Part shown: positions 1 through 11,039 of the stretch, piece by piece
Position numbering within the stretch: the stretch's first letter is position 1
Layout: every line of letters begins with the position of its first letter
Made by a program: the position numbers and the translations under genes
Origin: an uncultured Verrucomicrobiae bacterium
Lineage (GTDB): Bacteria; Verrucomicrobiota; Verrucomicrobiia; Limisphaerales; Palsa-1400
Assembly (NCBI GenBank): GCA_963764165.1
Contig: CAVXRD010000002.1
Location: forward strand, 1,952,001 to 2,016,000
Length of the DNA stretch: 64,000 bases
Reading direction: 5' to 3'
The notes under the pieces: generated by a model
The model's database searches: none
Seen by the model: the letters and a program-made list of their open reading frames with translations, nothing else
What the model was told of the DNA's origin: nothing

Positions 1-556
1 CCGTGGACGGAACGACGTTCCCGGCGGTGAATCCCGCGCCGCGCAACGATTGCAAAGCTGCGGCTTCCGGCGCGAGCCCTTCCACCGCGCGATGCTCCGG
101 AACAATAACGGAAAGCTGCGAACTCGGCCCCGGCGCGCCGGGATCAAGTTCCGCCACAGCCAACCCGTAGAACCGTCCTGCTGTCAAATTCTGGCTTTGA
201 GGCGGCGGCCCTCCGAAGCGTCCGCGCGTGGGCGCCGCATTGGTGGCGGCGGCGGACGCAATGGTAAGATAAGGATCGATGAACCCGGCGTAAATGGTCG
301 TCCCCTTCATGTCCCAGACCCGGGCGTCCGGCGGAGCAGTGACGTCTTTTCCAACTTTCTCAATCAACCCATCGCGAATGACGATGGTGGCCGAATCGAG
401 AGTTTCACCGGGTTTGACAACAACTTTGCCTCCGACGAGAGCATGGACGCCGAGGGGGACGGCCCTGTTGCCGGGAGGCAGAATCTCCGCTTGCGCCGCG
501 GCCGCAGCCGTCAAGCACGCCAATCCGAGAGAAATAGTTTTTGGAAACTGGCTCAC
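1..556 (-). CDS. Amidohydrolase-family protein, N-terminal part (runs off window start)
   Basis: Not in the ORF track. Minus-strand translation from GTG at 556 gives a signal peptide (SLGLACLTAAAAAQA), then HALVGGKVVVKPGETLDSATIVIRDGLIEKVG...VWDMKGTTIYAGFIDP, the typical amidohydrolase N-terminal beta-sandwich. Confidence 0.75.
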   Translation of the reverse strand, partial: MSQFPKTISLGLACLTAAAAAQAEILPPGNRAVPLGVHALVGGKVVVKPGETLDSATIVIRDGLIEKVGKDVTAPPDARVWDMKGTTIYAGFIDPYLTIASAAATNAAPTRGRFGGPPPQSQNLTAGRFYGLAVAELDPGAPGPSSQLSVIVPEHRAVEGLAPEAAALQSLRGAGFTAGNVVPST

Positions 557-619
557 GAACGGGGGCGAGACTGTCGCCTCTCAAAAACAAATTCAAGCAC
601 AAATGTTACAAAATTGAGG

Positions 620-756
620 GCCACGCGCTTACACAGATCAACACAGATTTTAAGACCCACGCTTTGATTGACGGCCGAGAGCCCGGTTTAATCATGCATG
701 ACCGCCCGCCCAGCCCATTTTTGATTCATCTGTGTTGAGCTGTGCAAATCTGTGGC
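620..756. repeat. REP-like inverted repeat pair, family D (CCACAGATGGACACAGATCAACACAGAT type)
   Basis: Arm 620-648 gccacgcgcttacacagatcaacacagat and inverted arm 728-756 atctgtgttgagctgtgcaaatctgtggc; same family at 5029, 5119, 22134 and 36008. Confidence 0.8.
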
Positions 757-790
757 TCTAAGGGGCGGATTTGTGGCAGTATTGCCGCAA

Positions 791-1285
791 ATGAGCGGCA
801 GCCACGAATTTTCCGATCTGCTTCCCTCCGATGCGCCCGCCATCCAAGCCCTGATCACAGCGGCGATGGATGCGGATGAAGGCGTCCTGGCGGCGGAGAC
901 GATTCGCAGGCACTTCGCGGCGGCTGGGGCGGGAATTTCAGACGGACGGAGGTATTATGTTTACAGGGAAGGCGGCTCGGTTGCAGGCATGGTGGGGCTG
1001 CATCACTACGAATGGGGGCCGGCGGAAAATGTCTGGCTCGGCTGGTTTGCAGTGCATCCGAGCCGCCAGGGAAACGGCATTGGCAAATCATTGCTCGCAC
1101 TGGCAGAGAAGAAAGCCCTCGAAACGGGATACAAGAAATTCTTCGTCGAGACCTACGGATCGCCCACCTTTGCCCGGGCGCGGGAATTTTATGCGCGCCA
1201 AGGGTTCGTGGTCGCCGGCCAAGTAGCCAACTACCTTCCCGACGGCGGCGACATGGTTGTCTTCTGCAAATGGCTCAATCGTTGA
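791..1285 (+). CDS. GNAT-family N-acetyltransferase
   Basis: Acetyl-CoA binding motif FAVHPSRQGNGIGKSLL and AREFYARQGF; ATG 791 preferred over GTG 752, which lies in the repeat. Confidence 0.9.
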   Translation: MSGSHEFSDLLPSDAPAIQALITAAMDADEGVLAAETIRRHFAAAGAGISDGRRYYVYREGGSVAGMVGLHHYEWGPAENVWLGWFAVHPSRQGNGIGKSLLALAEKKALETGYKKFFVETYGSPTFARAREFYARQGFVVAGQVANYLPDGGDMVVFCKWLNR

Positions 1286-1384
1286 AATCCGATGGTGTCG
1301 CTTCGCTCAACCGCGGCTGCAAGCTGTGCGCCGCCGGCATCTTCCGCCAGCGCGCTTCGGCGCCATATTCTTCTGAGACTGATT

Positions 1385-3718
1385 CTAAGGGGCGTCCATC
1401 GCGCGGGCGATGGAGTTCCACCAAAGGTCATGCAGTTCCGTGAGCGCCCATTTGCCTTCCCATGGGCCGGCTTTGATGGCCAATTCGGCGCCTCCGACAA
1501 TGCCGAGTTTCATTGCGCCTAATCCAAGGATTTTCGCGCGCTCGATGACTTTGGCGGCGTTGTCCGGGGCGACCGAGACAACGACACGGCTCTGCGTTTC
1601 GCCAAATAAAAGCACCTCGAGCCGTGTCGATTCGTTTGCGGAGCTGGACAAATCGATTTGCGCGCCAATCAAGCGGGGCGTTTCGCGGGCGATTTGCTGG
1701 GAGATGCAGCTTTCGGCCAGCGCGACGGCCAGGCCGCCTTCGCTGCAATCGTGCGCGCTCTTGATGCAGCCGGTTTGGATAAACCCGCGCACGGCGTTGT
1801 GAAGCGTGCGCTCTTTTTCCATGTCACAGCGCGGCGGCGTGCCGGTTTTCAAATGGCGCGCGACTTGCAGCCACGCGGAGCCGCCCATGCCGCGCATCGG
1901 GTCTTGTTCGTCAACAATATCTCCCAGCAGCACAATGACGTCGCCCTCGTCCTTGAACCATTGCGTAGTGATGTGTTCGGCTCTTTCGATCAAGCCGACC
2001 AGCGCCACCGTTGGCGTCGGATCGATGGGGCCGTTGGGACTTTGATTGTAGAGGCTGCAATTGCCGCCGGTGACGGGGGCGTTGAAAAATCGGCAAGCCT
2101 CCGCCAGTCCGCGCACGGATTCCTTCAATTGCCAAAACAACTCGGGATTATGCGGGTTGGCAAAATTCAAATTATCGGTCGAACCGAGCGGTGTTGCGCC
2201 TGCGCACGCGAGATTGCGCGCTGCTTCGGCCACCGCTGTTTTTGCGCCTTCGTAAGGATCGAGGTAAACGTAAGTTGCATTGCAATCCACTGTTAGCGCG
2301 ATGTATTTCTCGACCGTCGTGACTGGGCCGCCCACTTCCGGCAGCGAATCTTCCTTGATGCGAATGACCGCCGCGTCCGAACCGGGGCAAACGATTGTGC
2401 CGTCGCGAACAGTATGGTCGTATTGGCGATAGACCCAATTCTTTGAGGCAATTACGGGCCAGGCCAGCAGCGCTTTCAAATCCGCCACCGGGTCCGCCGA
2501 CACGGCCACGCCGGCCAGCGCGAATTCGCGGACGGCTTTCAGATACTCCGGCTCCTTCGCGTCGCGCGTGTAAACCGGCGCTTCGTCGGCCAGTTTCCTC
2601 GCGGGAATGTCCGCCACCACGCTGCCGTTATGTTTGACAACCATGTGACCGGTGTTGGTGACCTGCCCGACTCTGGCCCACGGCAAATCCCACTTGTCGA
2701 AAATCTTTTTGACTTCGTCCTCGCGGCCCGCTTTCACGATGATTAGCATGCGCTCCTGCGATTCGCTGAGCATGATTTCGTAGGAGGTCATCCCCGGCGC
2801 GCGCTGCGGGACGAGCGCCAATTCGATTTCAATTCCCGTTCCGGCGCGTGCGGCTGTTTCGCAAGTGGAGCACGTCAATCCGGCCGCGCCCATGTCCTGA
2901 ATTCCCGCCACCGCGTCGGTCGCCAGCAATTCGAGGCACGCTTCGCAAACCAGCTTCTCCATAAATGGATCGCCGACCTGCACCGCGCCGCGCTGTTGCT
3001 CGGCGGATTCTTCGGTCAAATCGCGCGAGGCAAACGCCGCGCCCGCCAACCCATCCCGCCCCGTCGCGGGGCCGACGTAGAAAACCGGATTCCCTTCGCC
3101 CTTGGCCGCGCCGCGCGCAATTTGCTCGTGGCGCAAGACACCGAGGCAAAAGGCGTTGACCAGCGGATTTCCCTCGTAACTGCTGTCAAAGTAAACTTCG
3201 CCCGCGATGGTCGGAATGCCGAAGCAATTCCCGTAATGCGCGATGCCGCTGACCACGCCGCTGAAAAGCCTTCGATTGTTGGCGGCGCTTCCATTATTCC
3301 CGTTGCCGGTGATCGGGCCGAAGCGCAAGGAATCAATCGCGCAAATGGGCCGCGCTCCCATCGTAAAGATGTCACGTATAATTCCACCGACGCCGGTGGC
3401 CGCGCCCTGGAACGGCTCGACCGCGCTCGGGTGATTGTGGGATTCGATTTTGAACGCGATGGCCAGTCCGTCGCCAATGTCAATAATACCCGCGTTTTCC
3501 TCGCCCGCGCCGACAAGAATGCGCGGCGATTTGGTGGGGAATGTTTTCAGCAGCGGACGCGTGTTTTTATAGGAGCAATGCTCGCTCCACATGACGGAAA
3601 AAATGCCCAATTCCGTGTAGCTCGGAGCGCGCCCGAGGATGCCGAGGATTTTGTCGTATTCCTCGGGGGTGAGGTTGTGCTGCTTGACCAATTCTGGAGT
3701 GATGGCTGGTTCGCTCAT
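1385..3718 (-). CDS. purL: Phosphoribosylformylglycinamidine synthase subunit PurL
   Basis: [25 protein letters not shown] and SESQERM motifs; next to purQ and purS. Confidence 0.98.
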   Translation of the reverse strand: MSEPAITPELVKQHNLTPEEYDKILGILGRAPSYTELGIFSVMWSEHCSYKNTRPLLKTFPTKSPRILVGAGEENAGIIDIGDGLAIAFKIESHNHPSAVEPFQGAATGVGGIIRDIFTMGARPICAIDSLRFGPITGNGNNGSAANNRRLFSGVVSGIAHYGNCFGIPTIAGEVYFDSSYEGNPLVNAFCLGVLRHEQIARGAAKGEGNPVFYVGPATGRDGLAGAAFASRDLTEESAEQQRGAVQVGDPFMEKLVCEACLELLATDAVAGIQDMGAAGLTCSTCETAARAGTGIEIELALVPQRAPGMTSYEIMLSESQERMLIIVKAGREDEVKKIFDKWDLPWARVGQVTNTGHMVVKHNGSVVADIPARKLADEAPVYTRDAKEPEYLKAVREFALAGVAVSADPVADLKALLAWPVIASKNWVYRQYDHTVRDGTIVCPGSDAAVIRIKEDSLPEVGGPVTTVEKYIALTVDCNATYVYLDPYEGAKTAVAEAARNLACAGATPLGSTDNLNFANPHNPELFWQLKESVRGLAEACRFFNAPVTGGNCSLYNQSPNGPIDPTPTVALVGLIERAEHITTQWFKDEGDVIVLLGDIVDEQDPMRGMGGSAWLQVARHLKTGTPPRCDMEKERTLHNAVRGFIQTGCIKSAHDCSEGGLAVALAESCISQQIARETPRLIGAQIDLSSSANESTRLEVLLFGETQSRVVVSVAPDNAAKVIERAKILGLGAMKLGIVGGAELAIKAGPWEGKWALTELHDLWWNSIARAMDAP

Positions 3719-3726
3719 GACTAATT

Positions 3727-3952
3727 AAGGTAGGGACGCCTCGCTGAGGCGTCCGGGTCGAGGTAAGCGCCATTGCCGTTGCTTTCGAACAGTCGGCACG
3801 CTCGGCAGGGCGAGGCTCCTGCCGAGCCGTCTTTGTCGGGGACTGGCTCCGCAGGAGCGTCGCGCCACCGCATTTGCTTGCTCGCGGGAACATCCGTCCT
3901 CGGGCGTGAATAGAGCCTCACCCCGGACGCCTCGGCGAGGCGTCCCTACCTT
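3727..3952. repeat. REPIN-like doublet family A with a family-B doublet nested inside
   Basis: Outer arms GGTAGGGACGCCTCGCTGAGGCGTCCGGG (3729-3757) and CCCGGACGCCTCGGCGAGGCGTCCCTACC (3922-3950); inner arms 3804-3828 and 3845-3869 resemble the 60383-60539 repeats. Confidence 0.85.
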
Positions 3953-3981
3953 GATCAGCGCTTCGCGCAAGTTGTCCATGG

Positions 3982-4692
3982 TCACGCGGCTTTCGCCAAG
4001 CGGCCTTCAAGCCAGCTCACGAGTCCCTCAAAAATCAAACGCCCATCGGCCGAGCCCAAAATATCCTCGCTCGCCCGCTCTGGGTGCGGCATCAGGCCTG
4101 CGACGTTTCTCGCTTCATTACAAATGCCGGCGATGTTTCGCAAAGAGCCATTCGGATTCGCGGCATCGGTCAATTCGCCTTGGGCCGTCGCATACTGCCA
4201 CAAAATTCGATTCTGCTTTTCCAATTGCTCAAGCGTCGCGTCGTCCGCGAAATAACACCCTTCGCCGTGGGCGATGGGAATGCGCAGGATTTTTCCATCC
4301 GGAATTTTATTCGTGAATGGCGATTGCGTGGTCACCGTTTTGAGAAAAACTTTCTCGCAGCGAAATTGGAGCGAGCGATTCCGAATCAACGCGCCTGGCA
4401 GCAAGCCAGCTTCGCAGAGAATTTGAAAGCCGTTGCATATCCCCAGCACCGGACCGCCGCTGGCCGCGAAGTCTCGCACCGCGCCCATGATCGGACTGAA
4501 TCGCGCAATTGCGCCGGTGCGCAAATAATCGCCATAGCTGAATCCTCCCGGGACAATGACCGCGTCAAATCCCGCCAGCGAGCTTTCTTTGTGCCAGACG
4601 AAGCGGCCCGATTTTCCCAAAACGCGGCGCACGACGTGCAGGGCATCCTGGTCGCAATTGGAAGCGGGAAATTGAAGGACGGCAAAATTCAT
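3982..4692 (-). CDS. purQ: Phosphoribosylformylglycinamidine synthase glutaminase subunit PurQ
   Basis: [18 protein letters not shown] and MPHPER motifs. Confidence 0.98.
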   Translation of the reverse strand: MNFAVLQFPASNCDQDALHVVRRVLGKSGRFVWHKESSLAGFDAVIVPGGFSYGDYLRTGAIARFSPIMGAVRDFAASGGPVLGICNGFQILCEAGLLPGALIRNRSLQFRCEKVFLKTVTTQSPFTNKIPDGKILRIPIAHGEGCYFADDATLEQLEKQNRILWQYATAQGELTDAANPNGSLRNIAGICNEARNVAGLMPHPERASEDILGSADGRLIFEGLVSWLEGRLAKAA

Positions 4693-4703
4693 ATCACATC
4701 ACG

Positions 4704-4943
4704 TTACTCAATCACGAAACGGTAATCCTCGATGACGGGATTGCTGAGAATCTTGTGGCAGGCGTCGTCGATTTGTTTGCGCCACGCCTCGGCGTCCGCG
4801 CCGGGCAATTCAATTTCGAGATATTTGCCGACGTGGACAGCGCCGATGCCGCTGTAGCCCATTTGTTCGAGGGCGTTCTGGACCGTTTTTCCCTGCGGAT
4901 CAAGGACGGCCTTTTTTGGTGTGACGATGATTTTCGCTTTCAT
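4704..4943 (-). CDS. purS: Phosphoribosylformylglycinamidine synthase subunit PurS
   Basis: MKAKIIVTPKKAVLDPQGK...LSNPVIEDY; true start at 4943, inside the longer 218-aa track ORF. Confidence 0.95.
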   Translation of the reverse strand: MKAKIIVTPKKAVLDPQGKTVQNALEQMGYSGIGAVHVGKYLEIELPGADAEAWRKQIDDACHKILSNPVIEDYRFVIE

Positions 4944-5028
4944 TTCAAATGGCCGGCGGAGCGCGGCGCACCCGGATGCTAAAGAACGACAGCCGCCGAC
5001 GCCAATATAATTTAAGCCGGGCAGGAAA

Positions 5029-5145
5029 GCCACAGATGGACACAGATCAACACAGATTTTGGGACAAGGCATTTGTTGACAGGCATCGGCGGGCCGCATC
5101 ACGAATCCCGAAATTCTTATCTGTGTTGATCTGTGTCCATCTGTG
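5029..5145. repeat. Family-D palindromic repeat whose right arm is interrupted (left end of island 1)
   Basis: gccacagatggacacagatcaacacagat (5029-5057) and atctgtgttgatctgtgtccatctgtg (5119-5145); the terminal GC needed to complete the arm follows the partial copy at 22134-22150. Confidence 0.8.
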
Positions 5146-5196
5146 TTCAAGTTTTGCAAAGCCTTGCAAATACGAGGCTTATTGAACCGATGGACG

Positions 5197-5223
5197 GCCA
5201 CTGTCAGCGGAACTGTCAGTAAA
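5197..5223. promoter_or_regulatory. Putative integrase arm-type binding sites (tandem ACTGTCAG)
   Basis: GCCACTGTCAG (5197-5207) and ACTGTCAGTAAA (5212-5223); GCCACTGTCAGTAAA recurs at 22004-22018. Confidence 0.6.
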
Positions 5224-5343
5224 GCGGCGATTGCCAAAACAATTCGCCACAACTGTTCGAGAACTCGCTGAAACTTTGCCACCACTGGCGTTCGAAAACG
5301 CCGCGGATGCAGGACTGGAATATCGAAAACAGGTAATCCAGTT

Positions 5344-6381
5344 ATGAAAACGAAATTCACAATGTTCCGGCGCGGGGAAATGTTCTACATGCAGGACAGC
5401 GCGACGGGGAGACAGACCAGCCTGCGCACCAAAGACGAAACCGAAGCCAAGCGGCTACTAAGCGCCCGCAATGAAGCGCAGCAGCAGCCGACACTTAACC
5501 TTCACCTTGCCCGCGCTTACCTGACGGCAAGCGATCCTGTCTTTGTGGATCGCAATTGGCAGACCGTCATGGAGCAATTGCAGAGCCGAGGCAAGGACAG
5601 CAGCAAAGAGCGTTACGCGAGCGTGTTCAAGTCGGCATCCTTCGACGCCTTGCGCCGAAAGAAATTGTTGGAAACCACCGCCGATGATTTCTTTGCCATA
5701 TTCAAAGACGGCAAAGTGTCCATCGTCGATTTTCTGAAACGGTTGCACAATTTTGCCTTAAGCATGGGCTGGATTGCGCTGCCGGTGGTTGCGCCTTACC
5801 TCTGGCCGAAATATCAGGCCAAAGACCGGCGCGGCATCACTTCGAGCGAACAGCAGAGCATCCTTGCCCACGAGAAGAAACTCGAATGGAAGCTGTTTTT
5901 GGAACTCCTTTGGGAAACTGGCGCGGCCCAAGGCGACGCCGTGAGCATGACCGCCGAGGATGTTGATTGGCAGAGCCGGACGATCACCTATTTTCGGAAA
6001 AAGACTGGCTCGCGGGCGCAGTTCACCATCAGCAACAGGCTGGAAATGGTTTTAAGCCAGTTGCCGCGAACCGGCCCGCTGTTTCCGAACTTATCCCAAT
6101 TCACGTCCAATGACCGGGCAACCCGCTTTCGCCGCCGTTGCCAGCGGGCGGGCGTGTCGGGCGTGACGCTGCATTGCTACCGTTACGCATGGGCAGAACG
6201 GGCGCGGGTTGTCGGGATGCCGGAACGGTTTGCCCAGGCGGCACTCGGTCACAACAGCAGCGCAATTCACCGCGCCTATGCGAAGAAAGCGCAAATCATC
6301 GTGCCATCGCTTGAGGAATACGAAAGGAAGTTTGTGGCAGCCAATGACAACATTTCGCCACAAAAGGCAGTTGCGGCGTGA
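5344..6381 (+). CDS. Tyrosine recombinase/integrase
   Basis: N-terminal SLRTKD arm-binding-like motif, RKKTG, HCYR (HxxR) and LGH...HRAY; box I reads ETGAAQGD instead of TGxRxxE. Confidence 0.9.
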   Translation: MKTKFTMFRRGEMFYMQDSATGRQTSLRTKDETEAKRLLSARNEAQQQPTLNLHLARAYLTASDPVFVDRNWQTVMEQLQSRGKDSSKERYASVFKSASFDALRRKKLLETTADDFFAIFKDGKVSIVDFLKRLHNFALSMGWIALPVVAPYLWPKYQAKDRRGITSSEQQSILAHEKKLEWKLFLELLWETGAAQGDAVSMTAEDVDWQSRTITYFRKKTGSRAQFTISNRLEMVLSQLPRTGPLFPNLSQFTSNDRATRFRRRCQRAGVSGVTLHCYRYAWAERARVVGMPERFAQAALGHNSSAIHRAYAKKAQIIVPSLEEYERKFVAANDNISPQKAVAA

Positions 6382-6481
6382 AGCCGCCAAAATAATACGA
6401 AGCGGTTGAGTCTCAATAACTCAATCGCTTCTTCGCGGGAAACGCACGATTCGAAATGTCTTGATACCTCAGACTCTTTCA

Positions 6482-7417
6482 TCACGACAGAGCCTGCACG
6501 AATGTGTCCGTTCCCATGCCAGCGGGCATCCACACCGCGACGGCGGCAACGCGTTGCGCCAGTGCTCGGCTTTGTGGCGGGCGTTCTTGGAGATTCAAAA
6601 GATGAATCTGAATCGTAAATTCGTCCGCTACTTTAATGTCACGGTCACCCGGATAAACTTCCCCACGTCGAAAATTGCCGCGTTCGATACTTGCACCCTG
6701 AAATAGCTGTTCGATTTCTGAATCCTCGTCCACTGAACGAAGCCTTGGTACCTGCCCATTCCTGGGTGACCAAGACATCAAATAAACGCACGCGGTCGCG
6801 GAAGGATTCCGGTTTAGATATTCTTTTAATTGGAGCAGCAGCCCTATGAATTGCTGGCTGTCACCCGGACTGACGAATTGCAGTTGCGTGAGAAAAGAGT
6901 TGTATAATTCCTCCAAAGCAACGTGCGCATAGCCATGCTTTTGTGCCTCCGTCCGACTCGCATGACCGACGTCTGGCACAAAATTCACTGAGCCGATCAG
7001 CTGATTAACGATTGTCCTATTATGATCCAGAGATGCTTCTGTGAAATGAGGAACGCGTGGATAGAACCACTCTGACGAAAAATTCACATTTTGGTAATCG
7101 AGATCGAGAACACATTTTCGGGTCGGTTCAAATAATTGATCAAGAAAAAATGCTCTCCGCCATTCAGAAAGCGGTCGTCCAGCGACTGCATGCTGCCGGA
7201 GTTGCTCCCGTAAATGTTCTTCATGACTGACATAGGCTGTAAACGCGTCCTGCACTTCGCTTTCTAGGAAAACCCGGCACAGTCCCAGGTAGTTTCGTTT
7301 GTAACCGAGAAACCGCGCCCGCTGTTGTATCGTATCAGCATTGCCGACACCTTTTCCGCGCGGCATATAGGTGATCGTTAATCCTTCGACCGTAAATCCG
7401 CGATCCATAGCTTGGCC
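6482..7417 (-). pseudogene. Z1-domain protein (restriction-associated), 5'-truncated
   Basis: GQAMDRGFTVEGLTITYMPR...ADTIQQRARFLGY is the conserved Z1 core; everything upstream of it is missing. Confidence 0.75.
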
Positions 7418-9210
7418 GCGAGTTTACTCAAACGGATTTTGAAAGTCTTTGTCGAAGCGCGGCTTCATCGAAGCATCGCGGAACGAGCATAGGTTATCGC
7501 GGCATAGGGTTTAAATCTGTCGTGGGATTCGCCAAAGTGATTCATATTTTCAGCGGCCAGCTTGAGACAACATTTTCTCGCGAACTGACGGCGCACGCCG
7601 TTCCCCAAGCAACTCGCGTCCCGCTGGTGAGAATCCCGCACCCCGTTGAACCGAGTTTGCGGTCAAAACTCACCGACAGCCTGGATGGACTTACGAGCGA
7701 TGGATTCAAGACTGTGTTTGTTTTTACAGACCTCGTTGCCAGTGGAATCGAAGCTGAGTTTGCTGCGTTTGATCCCACTTCTTTGTTGTTTCTTCGGAAC
7801 ATTCGGCAAGTGGAACTGAAATCTGACATCGAGGCCGTCATCACAATCCGACGCGAAACGGTGGATTCCCGCACACGCTCAATTCGTCTGGCTAGTTCTG
7901 AGGGGGTGAGTAAATGGACGGTGATCGAACGGGATGGTGTGGCTCTAGCGTTTATCCATGCTGAATCTGGAATCGCGCGTCTTGAGGAACGGCAGGCAAT
8001 AATTCACGCCTTTCTGCCCACGCTCGAAACAACAGGCTTTCCGTTCAAAGTGAATGGGGATATTTCAACCGACCCTTCCCGCACCCGGATTATTTTGGAT
8101 GAGCGCACTGCCTCAGGCATTAATTCCGCCGCCAAATTGATGGTTGATCTGATTGCCGAGTGTCTCAACGCTGCATCGCCGCAAGCAGACACGAAATTAC
8201 TTGCCGCCCTTATGCCGATTTCCGATCCGCGAATGGCTTCATTTCAAAGACGAAGTTTCAGGACCGAGCTTTATTCCGCGATCAAACGCGAAGCTAATGG
8301 ACGTTTTGGCGGTTTTCTGTGTCGTCCCCAATGGCTAAATGCAGTCGATTTCTCTAAGCTAACGGAAGCGTCGGGGGCTAAATCTGTCCCTCGCAATTTG
8401 GAAAGTGTCGAGGGATTATCTGGCTTTCTCAAATTTCTCGGAGCGGGAGAAGCAACACTGAAGGATTTCTCGCCCGCTTTGACCCAGGCCGCACCTTCTT
8501 TGGCGGGCGCCGCTGAAATCGTCACACACCTGACAAATCTTCATGCCACGAAACAAATTCAGGCTGATTCAATCAAATCGGATTGGAAGCTATGGCCGGT
8601 GGACGAAATGCCGCTTTCGTTGGATGAAGCCAAAAACACATCCAAACCACTTGCTCAAAGCTTTACGGATTTGATTGCCGAGAAGTCAGGAAGCAGGACT
8701 GAATTGCCGCGAATGGTTGAAAGCCTCACCGACGCGCCGACAGCAACCACGCTGATTCCGAGCAAGCCGTTAATACCATCTCAGTCAAATGATGTAGTTG
8801 CGTCTCAGAAATCGCCAAGTCAACAATTCAGCTTAAAACGCTGGCGGGGTGCAGAGCAGCAAGTGCTTGCAGTTCTGGTAGCATGGGGGTGGAAAGTCGA
8901 GGATGTAAGCCGACAAAATATCGGCTACGACATTGAAGGAAGCACGCCAGAAGATGAGCCGGTGTGCATCGAGGTCAAATCTATCGATTATCCCGGCCAA
9001 TCTTTTACGCTCACGAGCAATGAAGAGGCGGTTGCGAGAGAAAAGGGCGATTCTTATAGACTAGCATTGGTTCGGCAGACCAACACACACCTTGAGATTG
9101 CTTTCATCCGCGACCCGGCGCGTCAACTAAAGGTCACGCGGCAGTGCCGACAATGGGTTTGGGAATGTGCCACGTACGAATTCACGCCGGAAAGGTTTCG
9201 ACTTGAATAG
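7414..9210 (+). pseudogene. Sacsin-like GHKL ATPase plus DUF3883 (NOV) nuclease-domain protein, 5'-truncated
   Basis: The frame extends upstream of the track start as GREFTQTDFESLC...SIGYRGIGFKSV (GHKL motifs) but has no N-box and no start codon. C-terminal GYDIEG...IEVKS...LTSNE is DUF3883-like. Confidence 0.75.
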
Positions 9211-9296
9211 TATGCTTCGGTTGATATGCGAATGCCCCACTCTAGGGTGCGTTTACACGGACGATGATACCATCGGAAATCGCCAAAACTGGAATT

Positions 9297-10211
9297 CTAA
9301 CTCTCGTTAGCCCGATTTGGTCTTTTTTGATTGGAATTCACGTACAAACTTTCCACATGTCTTAGGAATTCCTCTGTATTTTTAGCGTATCGTTTCTCCT
9401 TTTCACCTACGATCTTGCCGTTATCCGTGAAAGCCTCATAAACGCTGTTAGAAATGCAAGGATCATAATTATCGGTTGCGCCCTTTTTATGAAACCATTT
9501 AATCACCCGATCAAGCGCAGGCCGTGCCGTTTCCGATCCTATCGAGTCCGACTTTAATGGAACTCGGTATTCCACACACACTTGTTCCATAATATCTTTG
9601 AAAAAGGGTCCTCTTTTTTGCCAGATTTGTTCCAGCCTTTCCCATGCCGTACCAACTATGGCGCAACCGCACCATGCCGATTGCCTCTCTAATTCGTGGC
9701 ATTCAATGATTGGCTTTCCCACAAAACAATGTTGTTCAATAAAAAAATTACCCTCTGAAATTGCGCCACGCAACGGCAGGCCATAGTTGAACATTCGTTC
9801 CATCAGTGCAGCGCAGTCGGAAAAAAAATCGAACCAGTAGAGCGGTTCTGCTTCAGATGCTCTTTCCCCTTGTGGAATCTCATACCAAAGAAGAATTGAA
9901 TCGGCAAAAATGATTGAGCTTGTAGGTTTTTCACGCGGACCAGATTTCCGCACTGTTTCTTCTCTGATCTCATTTTGAATACTCAACAATCTCCCTTTTA
10001 TGATTTTGGCCGCCTCGCGAATGTTTTCATCGGAAGCAATCTTGCTGAATCCTAAAATGTCGAAATAGGCCACCAACCCCTGTTGGATTCCATCACAATT
10101 GCCAAGCAGCGATTCCTGCACAGTATTGAAACCGAATTCTACCCTCTTTCTTCCGCTACCGTTGCTGACAGCGCATGGTTGCGGCGACATCCTTAAATCT
10201 TCAAAGTTCAT
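9297..10211 (-). CDS. Stand-alone class III nucleotide-cyclase-like protein
   Basis: VAYFDILGF, IIFADSILL, LRGAISEG and VGKPIIECHELE motifs in cyclase order; start uncertain (10211 or 10190). Confidence 0.65.
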   Translation of the reverse strand: MNFEDLRMSPQPCAVSNGSGRKRVEFGFNTVQESLLGNCDGIQQGLVAYFDILGFSKIASDENIREAAKIIKGRLLSIQNEIREETVRKSGPREKPTSSIIFADSILLWYEIPQGERASEAEPLYWFDFFSDCAALMERMFNYGLPLRGAISEGNFFIEQHCFVGKPIIECHELERQSAWCGCAIVGTAWERLEQIWQKRGPFFKDIMEQVCVEYRVPLKSDSIGSETARPALDRVIKWFHKKGATDNYDPCISNSVYEAFTDNGKIVGEKEKRYAKNTEEFLRHVESLYVNSNQKRPNRANES

Positions 10212-10516
10212 TGCAGCGGTCCAATGTAAGCGTGCGGAAGAAAAAGTCAATGAAGGTTGAAGTTTGTGCCAGGACGGTTTGTTGCGCTCATTCTGACCGC
10301 CTCCTTGAACGCATTCCCCGGTTACACCACGCGGCCTTTTGATGGCTTGGCTTAAAGTCCCAGCCGCGACACGCAAGCAGAAAATCGGTTCCCCCTGAAG
10401 GTTTCCCCCAATTTTCCGCCTTGCGCGTTGCGCTTCGCCCCGGCTCCGAGGGACTTTTTTCGCTCACCATCAGGCCGCGATGGGCGCAGCCCGACAAACT
10501 TAACAAGGAGACTACC

Positions 10517-10729
10517 ATGAGTGATTCCACCAACAACCAAACCGCCGCTTCCAAAACTCCCAGCCACATCGTTTACCATGTCCGAGACCGCGAAGGCGGC
10601 GAGGGCTTCTGGACTCGCATCGGTGCAGCTTGGCCGCACAACGACGGCAAAGACTTCAACATCCAGATCGAAACCGTGCCGCTGGACGGACGCATCACGC
10701 TCCGCGTCGCTGCCGAAAAAGCGAAGTAA
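10517..10729 (+). CDS. Small conserved mobile-element protein (WTRIGAAW motif)
   Basis: AAGGAG ribosome-binding site; 70 aa with FWTRIGAAWPHNDGK, typical of plasmid/ICE leading-region hypotheticals. Confidence 0.7.
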   Translation: MSDSTNNQTAASKTPSHIVYHVRDREGGEGFWTRIGAAWPHNDGKDFNIQIETVPLDGRITLRVAAEKAK

Positions 10730-10784
10730 CGCATCAACCGGGCGGGCTTCACGGCCCGCCCTTCACCCCGAAAGGAACTTTCCC

Positions 10785-11039
10785 ATGCCAACATCACCAA
10801 CACGCGACTTGCCCACTCGCTTTGACGACTACGAAATCCACGGCGTCAAGGTATTCAAGGAATCCGGCAACAAATGGTGCGAACAAGTGCCCGACCACGA
10901 AGCGGATTTTTGGAGCCTCTACGGCCACATCCCCGGCCAAGGCTTAACCGTTCTCGGTGACTTCACGACTCGTGAGCACACGGACGAACTCTACGCCCGC
11001 ATCACTGGACGCAGCTATTCCGAAGGGAGCGACGTATGA
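10785..11039 (+). CDS. Hypothetical mobile-element protein
   Basis: AAAGGA ribosome-binding site; ATGA overlap with the next gene. Confidence 0.6.
   Translation: MPTSPTRDLPTRFDDYEIHGVKVFKESGNKWCEQVPDHEADFWSLYGHIPGQGLTVLGDFTTREHTDELYARITGRSYSEGSDV

Noticed and set aside
50..667. 205-aa plus-strand ORF
   Set aside because: Antisense shadow of the minus-strand amidohydrolase, and runs into a repeat.
620..5145. ACACAGAT-type short repeats as a CRISPR array
   Set aside because: Units are inverted pairs with 10-bp internal periodicity, with no spacers and no cas genes in the window.
4944..5360. 139-aa N-terminal extension of PurS in the track
   Set aside because: Reads through the family-D repeat and the island end; PurS homology starts at 4943.
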